From assembly GCA_030704615.1 (NCBI GenBank), contig CM060732.1:69006001-69070000 (forward strand): DNA of 64,000 nucleotides, written 5' to 3'. The notes under the pieces were generated by a model. It made no database searches. It was not told the origin of the DNA and was given only the letters and a program-made list of their open reading frames with translations. This DNA is from Takakia lepidozioides (lineage: Eukaryota > Plantae > Bryophyta). Positions 1 to 11,735 of the stretch are shown one piece after another; position 1 is the stretch's first letter; each line of letters begins with the position of its first letter. A program made the translations under genes and the position numbers.

Positions 1-799
1 TGCTTTGCAATCCTTCTAATCGCAGCTCCTTCAGTAACTGTACCGCCTGTGGAGTAGCAATCGTTTGTTTCTGCAGGATTGTGGTGCTCTTCACCCTGAT
101 TTCTTCCATTCCTCTCACTCTTCATTCTAGACCCACAGAAAGGTTTTGGCTGTAACAATTGAAGAAATGCCTGCAGGGCACAAAGCATAAACGTATGGTT
201 GCCACAAAAGCTATGGGTAATTTCTTGTAAGCCTGCGGGGCTTGCAAGCATCGATTAAGAGAAAGATACTCTCTGTTCTTCTATCCCTGCCACTGCGTAA
301 GTAGTTCGAGCGTATAGTCTGTTAGTTCCTCCATAGCTTCAAAGCTATAGCATTGATGGTTGTCCCGTCGAGACGCCCGTTACTTGGAACGACGCCGACT
401 CTTGCGCTTAAAATCCCTCCAATTTCTTGATCCTGCTTCTGGCTTTGATTGGCTGTAACTGCTGTGACTGGATTTTAGATTTAATTTCCTTCCAGGATTT
501 CCCTCTGGACTGTCCACTAGGATAGCACATGTGACATGATTTCGCTTTTCGTACTTGGGTTCCGTTACCCTTTCCCCGTATGCATTAATGGGCCCATAAT
601 AATTAATGTGCCGGGTAGGTACTTTGACGGCCATTTTGTCTTTTTCCTTGATGACAGTCGCCCTTGCAATCCATGTCCGGCTGTGTGTCTCGCCCTGACG
701 TCCACGTGTCCATTTTAAACTGCTTTTCCACTTTTCCGCCGGCCATTCCGGATGTTAACCCACGTCCACCTGTCACTGATCTATGGATTGTGTAACCCT

Positions 800-940
800 A
801 GTAGGCTGTGTTGAGCTGTGACAGGCTGTGTCATACTGTGGTACGCTGTGATAGGGCTTGTGGTGATGGCTTGGCTGTGATGGGCTGTGATAGGCTGTGA
901 TAGGCTGTGTCGCGCCGTGCTGGGCTGTGATAGGCTGTGT
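800..940 (-). repeat. Degenerate ~10-bp tandem repeat (CACAGCC core) in the 3' region of the Gypsy element
   Basis: Repeated GGCTGTG(A/T) units on the + strand just downstream of the integrase. Confidence 0.85.
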
Positions 941-1000
941 GTACTGCCCGCCTGGTCATATACGCTCGGCCTAGCGACAAGTGCTCCATACTCCGTTGTA

Positions 1001-2340
1001 TCACTGGCGCAGCCCGTGACTGCTTTGCGTTTCAACATGCAAATCATGCTGCAATGGTTTGTCATGGATACCACTGTACCCCTTCAACTTATTGGCATTG
1101 ACTCTTCCCAGCATCTCTTTGTTAATGGTTTGTAACATGGCGGTGTTGTTATCATACATCTTCTGTATGACATAAGGTCCTTTCCATGGTGATTTAAGCT
1201 TAGAAGCTTTAATCTTTCCCTTCTTCTGCAACCAGAGAACCAAATCTCCCGTCTTAAAAGTCTTTAACTTGCCTTCATCAAACTGTTCCTTTCTCTTCAT
1301 CTGAATTCTGGTCATATTATCAGCTGCATCAGCACGTACTTCTTCCACATGGTATAATTCATGTTTCCTGACCTTAATTGAATCTTGCAATTCCATTCTC
1401 TTTCCCCATTCCGTTCTCATGGTAGGTAACAGGAATTCCACTGGAAGTAAAGCTTCCATACCATAAACTAATTGGAATGGTGTATACTTAGTGGTGACTT
1501 TATATGAAGTCCTGTATGACCACAAAGCTGTCAGCAGCTTTGTATCCCAATCCGTTCTGTTTGCATTGACTATCTTAGCCAAGATAGTACATAGTATTTT
1601 GTTGGTAGCCTCTGCCTGCCCATTACCCTGGGTAATATGTTGTACTCTTCCTATGCACAATCATGAACTCTTTAGTCAATAATTCAATGGTCTCATTAAT
1701 GAAGTGACTTCCCTGATCACTGATAAATTCCAAGGGACAGCCAAATCGTGTAAGTATGTTCTCATACAGGAACCTTGCTGTGGACTTGGCTGTGTTGTCC
1801 CTCAAAGCTTTAGCTTCCACCCACTTCGTAGTATAATCAGTGGCTGTAATTATGTACCTGTTCTGTGTATTCTTGGCTGGTGGGTTAATTGGTCCAACAA
1901 AGTCTAGTCCCCATTTCTGAAATGGTTCCGTAGGCATTGTAGGATGCAAAGCCATCTTCCCAGATCTCTGCAAAGGTCCTAGCCTCTGACATTCATCACA
2001 ACTCTGACAATACTTGTGTACATCTTTGAACAAAGTAGGCCACCAGTAACCTGCATGTAGTATCTTCCTACTGGTAGTCTCTTCTCCAAAATGACCTCCT
2101 GCCACTCCTTTATGAACTTCCTCCAAAACTTTATTAACTTCATGGTGGTATAAGCATCGCTTCAGCACTCCATCTGGTCCTAGCTTATACATTCTGCTCC
2201 CTACCATAGTGTAAGGTAGAGCCTTGATAGCAATTCTCTTTCTCTGCTCCTTTCCATAACTTGGTGGGCACTGACCATGAGCAAGGTAGTATCTGATTGG
2301 CCACTGCCAATCTAACCAGTCATCTGCACTTCCCTGCACC
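1001..2340 (-). pseudogene. Gypsy integrase (HHCC, rve core, GPY/F), frameshifted near 1630
   Basis: HKGVAGGHFG...YWWPTL...CQSCDECQ; WGLDFVGP; ISDQGSHF; GNGQAEATNK; WKGPYVI (ORFs 1623..2657 and 1001..1660). Confidence 0.93.
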
Positions 2341-3837
2341 TCCACTGCAAATAGACTCGCATCTGGTAATTGATCATCTACTCCCGTGGCTGGTTCTCCT
2401 GTTGATAACCGTGACAAGTGATCCGCCACAAGATGCAGCCTCCCAGGCTTGTAAACAACCTCGAACTCAAACTCGTGCAAGATTATCAACCATCTTGCTA
2501 TTCTTCCGCTTATCAGAGGTTTGTTTACCAGGTATATCAGAGCCTGGTGATCCACATAGAACATAAACTTCTTGCCCAACAGGTAATGCCTGAATTTCTT
2601 CACTGCATAGATCATTGCCAATGCTTCTTTCCGTTGTGCTATAATTTCTTTCGGCATTGTTCATCAATCGGCTAGCATAGTACACAGGTGAATCTATCCT
2701 TCCTGTAACATTTTGGGCTAACACTGCTCCTAGTGCTTCTCCAGAAGCATCACAGTGAACATGAAATATTTCCTGCCAGTGAGGATTAATCAGCACAGGT
2801 GTAGTTGTTACTGACAATGTAAGTTCCTCAAAAGCCTGTTGACATTCAGGTGTCCATGCAAACACTGCATCTTTCTTCAGAAGTTTGCTCAATGGTGCTG
2901 CTATCTGTGCATACCGTCTGACAAATCTTCTGTAATAACTGGTTTGCCCAAGGAATCTCCTTAGACTCTTAACATTCACTGGTGGTGGAGAGGCTTTAAT
3001 GGCCTCTGTTTTCCTGGGATCCACAAGAAGTCCCCTCTTACACACAATGTGTCCCAGAAGCACCCCTGAGTTCACACAGAAAGTACACTTCTCTGGATTC
3101 AGGCCCAGACCTCTCATCCTGCATCTGGCCAGACATAACTCCAATTTATGCAAGTGCTCATTCTTAGAGCTGTACACACTGAAATCATCCAAGAACACCT
3201 GCATGAAATCATCCAGATACTCATGAAAAGATTCACTTATCACTCTCTGAAAGGTTGCTGGTGCATTACAAAGTCCAAAGGGCATGACTTTTGTATGCAT
3301 AAGCACCCCAGTCTGTGATGAAAGCTGTTTTCCTTGGTCTTCTTCTGCCACTTGCACTTGATTATAACCACTGAAGCCATCCATGAATGAGTACATCTCA
3401 TGGCCTGCCACAGTGTCCAATACTGCTTCTGTGAATGGCAAAGGGAAAGGATCTTTCTTCGTACAAGCATTCAGCTTCTTGTAGTTCACACAAACTCTTA
3501 GTTTACCATTCTTCTTGGGAACTATCACAATGGGTGACAACCAAGTTGTATACTCTATTGGGTATATAAACTTAGCCTCAGCCAACTTCTTGATCTCTTC
3601 TCCAACCTTCTGTGCATAGTTGGGATTCATTCTGTACCTTGCCTGCTTGATTGGTACTGACCCTGGTTCCAGTTCAATCTTATGCTGACAGATTTCAGGT
3701 GGTATCCCTTTTAGATCCTCATAGCTCCAAGCAAATACATCTCTGTATTTGATGAACAAACTCTTAGCTTCTTCAAAGAATTCTGGCTCCAAATCAGCTC
3801 CTACCTTCACCATCCTCGGTTCCTCTTGTTCCCACAT
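2341..3837 (-). pseudogene. Gypsy reverse transcriptase and RNase H, frameshifted
   Basis: LRVCVNYKKLN, MPFGLCNAPATFQR, VFLDDFSVYS, HCDASG, ERNYSTTE/EALAM, YVDHQAL, RIARW, VADHLSR. Confidence 0.95.
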
Positions 3838-4221
3838 TCACTTCCCTCACCTGCTCATCAGCTGTGATTGTCCAACCAGTCACCACTTCATCCTGTAAAC
3901 TCACAGTGGCTGGTTCCTCTAGGATTTCCATTTCTCCTTCTCTTTCTTCATAGAAATGTGATGGGTAACTGCTGGTTTCCTCTCTTCAATTGGTGTTGCT
4001 GACACTACACCACAGCAGATACCTCTTAAACAACTTAGGCCTTCCAGCCGCATCTCTGCAACCTGCTCCCACTCTGGGTGTGCAGCAACAGGTAGCTTCC
4101 TGCTCCTCATCCAGTCCTCCTCTCCAGTCATACTCTCTGACCCCTCGAGGTCTTCTCGTAGCAGGTAATCTACTAGATTTCTTTGTGGTAATTTGTATCT
4201 CGTGCATCCCATTATGCACGG

Positions 4222-4620
4222 TTAGTAACTGAGAATTCCAGTCATGGAATACCCTGGCCTTTTCAGCCACGGACGTCCCAATAATAAGGAGTAAGCCTCC
4301 ATGACTTCATCCATCTTCAACACAGTTACTGTGATCATAAAGATCATCTTCTGTATCTGTATCTTAACTCCTCTTATCAATCCCAATGGCTGTACACTTC
4401 TTTGATCTGCCATTGTTACTGTAAATGGGGCTGGTTTCATGTTACTTAGACCAAGCTTCTTCTTAATTGGTCTGTCATGATATTTACTCCAGAGCCTCCA
4501 TCTATCAGTACATCAGTTAGTTCTGTGCTTCCAATTCTCAATTGGATTACTGGCATAGAATCATCAAAGTCCATGACTGTTTCTCGCCTTCCGGCTTCAC
4601 ATTATAACTGGTCACCTTGC
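4222..4620 (-). pseudogene. Gypsy aspartic protease
   Basis: Minus strand reads ...VLIDGGSGVNIM... around 4480-4520, then TMADQRSVQPLG and YSLLLGRPWL. Confidence 0.85.
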
Positions 4621-4623
4621 TGT

Positions 4624-6723
4624 TCAGGTCTGTGTTTCCTGTCTCCTGGCAATTCGATTGATTGCTTGATACAGCCTGTGTCTACAATAAGGTGCCACAG
4701 CCAATAGCTGTCCAATGGTAATCTCTGCTTTGGTCTGGCATATTACTTCAGCCAAAGTCCCTTCATTACTTTGCATGTCTGCAGCTTCTTTCTTCCTTTC
4801 ATCCTCACTCACTTCTTCTTCTCCATCAGAATCAGAGGAATCTGCCACAGGAATATCAGTACTCTTCTGCATTTCCCTTATGGTATCTGCCACTTCCTTG
4901 TGCAGTTCCTTCTCATCTCTCCAAGCCTCATCATCTTCAGGCATATCACTGCCACCTTCATTATCATCATCTTCCTCAACTACTGGAGGTATTAGTTTGG
5001 CTTTGCTTCTTGTTACTATCATTGTACTTACTTCTGGTACAACACATGGCCTAACCATGTGAGCTGCCACCACTGGGCCCTCATTCACAGGAGCTCTCAT
5101 CTCATTCTGGTGTCTAATCCAGAATGAACAGGCTGCCTTGCGATGTCCTGGCTGATTACAATAGTAACACAGTTCTTCACCATTGGGTCCTCGCCCTTGG
5201 TCTGCTCTTGGATTATTTCTGTAATCCTGATTCCCGGCTGGTAATTCCCCCTTGGATTACCCTGATAGTTGCCTCTGGAATTTCCTTGGTAATTCCCTCT
5301 TGAATTACCTCTCCCTTCCATGCCATTGTTATAACCACCAGGCCTACCATAGTGGTCCTGATCATTGTTTCTTCTTGGCTGGGGCTGCACTTGATGCACC
5401 CTTACTTGCCTAGGTTCTCTTGCAGCTGTCAGTATTTCTGTAGCCCATCACTGGTGCTGGTTTCGTTGGCCCAACACTTTGCACACCAAACAGCCTTCCT
5501 CCAATGTGTTGTAGCCTCTGTGGCATACTTCTTCAAGATTTCTTCTAATCTTTTCTCATAGTTATCCCTCTTCAACTTCTCCTTTCTCTTACTCTTCCTT
5601 TTTAGTTCTTGCTCTTCTTCTTCATCTGACTCATCCTCATAGTCATCTTCATCCCTTTTCTCTCTCCTGAGCATTCCCAATTGCTCAATTCTGTTTGCAG
5701 TTTCAAATGCCTCCTCCACTGTATTATGGGGTAACATATCCACTTTCTTTTGCAACTCTGGTCTTAGTCCACTAACAAACCAAGTCTTCTGTAAACCTGG
5801 TGCTGGTACAGCAACCAGCTTTTTCATCATCAATTCCATCTTTTCCATATACTCCTCAACAGTTTCATGCTTCCTTTGCTTTAACTGTTGTAAACTTCCA
5901 TACACTTCATCCTCAGTTTTACTGTCCTGAACCTATTTCGGAATGTTGTATTCAAGCCATTCCAGGTTAGGAAATGATTATCAGGGAATCTTGCATACCA
6001 TTCACTTGCTTTCTTGATAAGTGAACAAGGAAACAATCTCATCTTGGCATCATCGCCATTCTCATTGTTCACTATACACATGTGCTCAAATTGGCTAATG
6101 TGTACATCGGGATCCCCTTTTCCTGAATATATTGGAAAAGGTGGTTTTGCCCGTGTTGGTTGTAACGCCATCTGTGGCCCTACCTTCTGCCCACTGACAG
6201 GTGCTGGCACCCTTGCTGGTGCTGGTCCTTCAGGACCTGTTGTTGTTGTGGTGGATCTTCCACCAAGTGGTGGCCTTTGAGCACTCCCTGCTACTGGCCC
6301 CACGATATTCACAGTATTCCCAGCTCCAGTTGCACTACTTCCCACACTCCCTGTCCCCCCAGAGCCAGATCCAGGCAGCCCGCCTGATCCCCCTGAGCCG
6401 ACACCTTCGTTGGCCTGTGATCCAAGTGCTCCACTTGATCCAGGTCCAACGGGTTGGGATGTCCTGGTTGTAGTCTCAACCTCAGCTGTTGGGTCTACTT
6501 CTTCATACTCTTCCTCTTCCAATTTCTTCTCTCTATTTTCATCCTCCAAGTTCTGCCCTTGGGTTTCTTCTTCACTCATGTAACTCAACTGTAATGGTGT
6601 TGGAGAGTTAGAACTCTCCGTTGGCTCTGCCACATCCTCTCCTCCTTCTTCACCTTCCGCTTCAGAAACTGGAGTTCCTGCTTTTGGTGTTCCATGCCAA
6701 CTCTTATCAAAGATTTCTGTCAA
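4624..6723 (-). pseudogene. Gypsy gag (Retrotrans_gag core, CCHC knuckle, linker), several frameshifts
   Basis: YSGKGDPDVHI...LFPCSL...ASEWY...TWNGL...F; LKQRKHETVEEY...FVSGLRPEL; CYYCNQPGHRKAC-like knuckle near 5130-5175. Confidence 0.88.
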
Positions 6724-6845
6724 ATCTTTTATCCAGGGATGTACCTTAGATCTTTCACCTCGTGATGATAGCTTTATCTTTTTGCTGAATATCTCTGGCG
6801 TCTAGCTTCTCTTTCATCACTCATGTCCCATGTCTTTCATTTCTT

Positions 6846-7410
6846 TTAATGTGGCAATAACCAAAACTCTCTTCTGTAATATCTCTCGTATATGCCTGGG
6901 TTTCTTTCAAGCTTCAATGCACCCTTGGCTATACTAGAAGTCTCCGTTACCATATAACCATATGGCAAACAAGTCTGGAAAGCTCTTCTTGGTGTGAGTT
7001 TGATCCACAAAATATCCTTTGGAATCCAATTCTTTACCAGTACAAGCTCTTCATGCATATGAGTATAAACATTCACCTTTCTTTCCTCCCAACCTTCAAA
7101 CTCTACTCGCTTAATGGATAGCAATGCTATCACATAAACCAGTGTTGGTAACCAACGTGCTCTTCCTCTACAGGCCACCTGATAAATCTTTATCACTCCT
7201 TTCTCCAGACCCCACTCAGGGTCAGCATCATGCACTCTCTTAAGAATGTTTTCTTTACAACCGTCTGGCAATTCCAAGAACCTCTGAAAGAATCGTTTGG
7301 ACAATCTTTCCTTCTCAGTTTCACAGGGAATTTGATTCACATCAAATTCCTTAATTCTCCATCCACCATGATCCCACCAGATGCCTGTCACATCTGGTTG
7401 TTCATGACCC
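6846..7410 (-). CDS. Extra ORF between PBS and gag, unknown function
   Basis: About 185 stop-free codons between the PBS and gag. The annotated ATG (7541) lies inside the LTR, so the true start is uncertain. Confidence 0.45.
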
Positions 7411-7413
7411 AGT

Positions 7414-7431
7414 TCCCCAGTATGGTCGCCA
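7414..7431 (-). promoter_or_regulatory. Primer-binding site TGGCGACCATACTGGGGA (tRNA-Arg-like, imperfect)
   Basis: Lies 2 nt after the LTR end ...CGCGACA; resembles TGGCGACTCC(G/A)CTGGGGA PBSs of Tat/Ogre-type elements. Confidence 0.75.
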
Positions 7432-7433
7432 AA

Positions 7434-7897
7434 TGTCGCGCGGCTTTTACTCACCCATCCCTTCGCTATCCGAGGTGGGAACTCCAAGATAGAAGAGTTG
7501 GAAATCTCTAAGCACTCAGCCCGCTCAGAACAATCAGTCATGACCTACAGCTAGTGTATCATGGGGGTGTTTCCTATTTGTACTCCTTCCCGCATTCGTG
7601 TTAGCGAGTTACCTTACTATCTGCAATTAAGTATCAGTTTGCTTCAGAAATCTATCAAGTTCCATCCATTCATTCCACAGCTTCACTCAGGTCTCTCTAC
7701 ACAGTGTGAGTATGAAGTATGTATTAGATTAATATCTATCAAGTATCAGGCTGAAGCCATGGTGTCTCTATTCTGCTCTACATTACAACTCTACTTCTTG
7801 CATTCAGCCAGTATCAACAGATCGTTTTCCTCCTAGTCCGTGCTCTCCCTCTTTCTGCTCAGAGATGCGCTCTCCGCTTTATTTCCAAGTCGTGATC
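7434..7897 (-). repeat. LTR (~460 bp) of the minus-strand Gypsy element
   Basis: Ends CGCGACA before the PBS; starts GATCACG (degenerate TGTCACG) immediately after a poly-G tract. Confidence 0.7.
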
Positions 7898-7940
7898 CCC
7901 CCCCCCCCCCGAAGTCCTTCCAGAAGTGATCCAGAAGTGA

Positions 7941-8428
7941 TGTGGGATTCTTGGGAATCGGAAAGTGCTGGATCGCAGCCACCTTACCAGGGTCTGGTTT
8001 TACACCCAAAGCAAAGACCACATGCCCCAAGAACACCAATTCCTTACTCCCAAAGCTACACTTGTCAGGATTAAGCTTCAGGTTAGCCTTAGTTAGCTTA
8101 TAAAAGATCATTTCCAGATGCTGCAAATGCGCTTCCCAGCTCTCACTGTGCACATTTACATCATCCACAAATACTTTAGCACATTCCTTTATCTCCTCAT
8201 AGAGTATAGTGTTCATAGTTCTTTGAAAGGTGGCCGTGGCATTCTTGAGCCCAAAGGGCATCACAGGCCATTCATATAGACCTCTCTTGGTGATAATGGT
8301 TGTTTTCTTGACATCATCAGGATTCATCTTGATCTGCCAAAACCCACTCTGCAGATCAAGAGCGGAGAACCACTTTGCTCTGCCCAGCTGGTTTAACACG
8401 TCTTGGATGAGGGGCATGGGATAAGAGT
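7941..8428 (-). pseudogene. Ty3/Gypsy RT fragment of a second family, truncated at both ends
   Basis: SYPMPLIQDVL...FSALDLQSGFWQI...MPFGLKNA...VFVDDV...FLGH...KNPT; 5' side cut by a CACTA TIR. Confidence 0.92.
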
Positions 8429-8952
8429 CACTACAAGAGATGAGCGTTTTTAGGACTACGGATTTGGCGGAGTCATAAAAACGGCACTAGGTGTACGACT
8501 ACAGAGCGCTGAAATGCGTTGCAGTCATAGTTTTACCACTTTGTAATAATGAATATCACTACATGACTTCGGAAAGTTAGGGAGCATTGGTCAAACATTG
8601 TTGACCATGATGACAGGGATGGTTTTATGACTAGTGTGATATCTTTGACTACACGTGGACGACGTTTCATGGAATCTTGTGACTCCATGACTGAAGATGG
8701 TTTTACAGCTCTATTTATACGACTACATCCCTACACGTGTCATTTTGAAAGTACATACATGAATGTATTCATCCATTTGATAAGTTTATCCATCGATGAC
8801 ATGGCATGTAAACTTATGAGTCCCTTACTGCAAATTGTTTCATAACTCTATATATATGACTACATCATTACACGTGTCATTTAAAAGGCACATACATTAA
8901 TGAATTCATCCAATGGATGGGTTCATCCCTCCGCCTATACGGTGTGTCGATT
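8429..8952 (+). mobile_element. Orphan 5' end of the CACTA family (no matching 3' end in the window)
   Basis: Starts CACTACAAGAGATGAGCGTTTTT; near-identical to 13046..13571 (about 5 substitutions and a 2-bp indel by eye). Left flank AGT does not match the CTA flank at 18754. Confidence 0.92.
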
Positions 8953-9075
8953 TGTTAGAGGACTGTCTGGGACTTAGGCACTTTTACGGGATCTGTGGGG
9001 TACCCTTAATTTTTGCACAGACTGAGACCAACAGGAGCCTTAGGGGTGACAGCAGCGCACTTTAGGGTGGGGTTA

Positions 9076-9335
9076 CACAGCCCGTCACAGCCAACACAGC
9101 CCATCACAGTTCAACACAGCCCGTCACAGCCAACACAGCCATCACAGTTCAACACAGCCCGTCACAGTCAACACAGCCCATCACAGTTCGTCACAGCCCG
9201 ACATAGTCGCACAGCCAATCACAGCCCGACACAGCCCGTCACAGCCCGACACAGTCGCACAGCCAGTCACAGCTCGACACAGCCCGACACAGCCCAACAT
9301 AGTCGCACAGCTAGTCACAGCTTGACACAGCTGTC
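9076..9335 (+). repeat. Tandem ~10-bp repeat array (ACAGCCCGTC/ACAGCCAAC variants)
   Basis: About 25 degenerate CACAG(C/T)C units; same core as 800..940 in the opposite orientation. Confidence 0.9.
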
Positions 9336-9919
9336 ATGACCATAGGGAACGGATAGCAGGACAGGGAACGACTGTGGGGAACAACATCTGCGAATGGAAC
9401 TAACAAGAGATTTGTTCAAAGGACTCGGGCACGCTCAAATTTGAATTCCAATGCAGGTGGAGAAGGCACTGTCATTGGATGCTATTGAACGACTTGCCAA
9501 GCATTGGCCGCTGCCAACAAAGTGACCATCCCACCACATTAGCTTGATTTGTACATCCTCATCAAGGTTATTGTGGACGTCAAAAATGATGTCCTCAAGA
9601 ATGCACACTTGTAGGATGAGAGTTGGGTGGCCTCGAGTATACCAACTCAAGAGATGGTTTCTTTTAGACTCGAATAGAATTTAGTCCCTGCCTCTAATAT
9701 CAAATGGAAACTGAAGGATGACCACATGCCTGTGTACCTGGATGCATTCTGAAAAGATGTGTATAACAAAGGAGAATCTTAGAACTACAGGTATGAGAAT
9801 TTTCCACATGAGAACTTTGGACAACTAGAAATCGAAGTTGAAATACTCACTCAAATTGGTTACATTTCAGCTTTGCACAACGCACTATATGACAAGGATT
9901 CTCCCTTTATTGGATGAAA

Positions 9920-10480
9920 CGTGTGGGTACTACCGCATCTATGTCAAGGGGCTTTGCTATAATTTGTGTGCCTCTCTTTGATTTCACGAGGAAGGATGTC
10001 GTGTTGAAGTGGAGTGCTGAAGCTCAAAATGCCTTTGAAGCGTCTGAAGTTGATGACAGCCCCTATTCTTGCCAGACCTGATTTCTCTAAACCCTTTATC
10101 CTAGATGTGGATTGGTCCAAAAAGGGTGTAGGGGCAGTGTTGTCTCAGAAGCACAATTGCAGGGAGGTGGTGATTGCATATGCTAGTAAAGTTCTCTCGG
10201 CGGCACAACAAAAGTATCATCCAATGGAAGGTGAATGCTATGCCCTAGTGTGGGGAATCATTCATTTTTGGCAGTATTTATATGGCACCCCTTTTGTTAT
10301 TCGTACTGATTACAAACCACTTGAGTGGCTTGCCACTATCAATGATGCTTACGGTAGGCGTGGGAGATGGATCATGATGTTACAAGACTTTGACTTCAAA
10401 ATAATTCATAGGGCTGGTTCCAATCATTCTAATGTGGATGCCTTAAGCATATTTCCAGTTGGGTCAGCTGCTGAATCTGA
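9920..10480 (+). pseudogene. RT connection and Ty3 RNase H
   Basis: APILARPDFSKPFILDVDWS...VGAVLSQ...IAYAS...RGRWIMMLQDFDFKIIHRAG. Confidence 0.9.
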
Positions 10481-11286
10481 AGAGTTGGAATTGAATGTTG
10501 CATTCCTATCAGAGGGGTACCAAGAGAAGAAGAGAAGTGTGAGGGCATATACATTCTGGTCATCATCAATAGTGAGGGTCTTGCTCAAGCATTGCTTTTC
10601 TGGTCTGAACAAGGGGAGGAAGTATGTCTATGTCAGGTCACTAAAAGAGTATCCCAAGGCATAATTAAGGGGAGCATGGAACACAAGAGGCATTGTGGCA
10701 GTTCAAGGAGTACCTTAAAGGGGTGTACTTTCTCATTCAGACTGAACTTGATCCTTATTACTGGTTGTTGTCGGGACATCACACGGGCACAGATGGTCTT
10801 GAGGGTTTTCACTTTGACCTTGTAGGACAGCATACAACATGGAGGAAGCAGGGTGCCCCTGAGGGCAACCCATCCTTTGAGAGCAAGAGAGAGAGTTTTA
10901 TTGTAGGCATTAGGATTCAGGGTGAACATCATCAGCCGCATTATGAGGACGTGACCATAATGTGTGAAAGAATTGACATTGGGAGGGAGTGTTTGAGCTT
11001 GCCAAAGCCTATTGCAGTGAATCAACCCTACAAAGGGGTGGAGGAGAGCATGATGCCCAACATCAATGTTGTTCAAATAAGGAAATGAAAGCAGATAGCT
11101 GAGAAATTGCTCAATCCAGAGGAGGAGGGAGGTGCAGAACTACCCTATGGGCACACAATTGGACATGAACTTATGGCTGTAGGGTCAAGCAGTGGGACTG
11201 GAGACACATCTTGCGTGATGCAACCAGAGTGTCAGAGTGCAGGTCATGAGGGTTTGGTTCATTCAAGCTTTCCCCTACTTCATGAC

Positions 11287-11735
11287 ATTCATGTTACGAA
11301 CTTGTTCCATTGTATGGCTATTGGCACTGCAGGTGCATTTCCAGTGACTACAAGTGGGAACAACTTTGTATTGGTGGCCGTTGACCCACACTCTGAGAGG
11401 CTGGAGGCCAGCCCACTGGCAGAGTGCATATCAGAGTTTGCTGCTCGCTTTCTGGAGGACCAAATCATCATCCGATATGGATGCCCGAAAACAATATTTT
11501 CAGACGACGAGGCAGAGTGGGGAGGTGACTTTGACAAGTCATGTGAAAAGTTTGGAATTAGACATGGACACCTTGTGCCAAATTGCATGCATACAACAAA
11601 ATGGTTGAAAGGGTGATTGCAACTCTGAAGCAAAGCATTGCAGCCTTGGGAGCAATCGGAAAAGAGGAGTGGGATCGAGACCTCTCCCTAGCTCTCATAG
11701 TGTGCCGCATGTCTATGCAATCTACCACAAAGGGA
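11287..11735 (+). pseudogene. Supernumerary degenerate integrase core (no HHCC; first catalytic Asp replaced)
   Basis: LFHCMAIGTAGAFPVT...FVLVAVD...RYGCPKTIFSD...NKMVERVI...W; collinear with the core at 12750-13045. Confidence 0.8.

Larger units (their letters stand above)
1..7910 (-). mobile_element. Ty3/Gypsy LTR retrotransposon, non-chromoviral (Athila/Tat/Phygy-Selgy-like); 3' LTR outside the window
   Basis: Order LTR-PBS-extra ORF-gag-PR-RT-RNaseH-INT on the minus strand. RT has KDPFPLPF...MDGFSGYNQV and FLDD; INT has HHCC, WGLDFVGP, SDQGSHF and WKGPY. No chromodomain seen. Confidence 0.95.

Noticed and set aside
9013-9339. Low-complexity HS/QP-rich protein (also 781..1074)
   Set aside because: Translation of minisatellite DNA.
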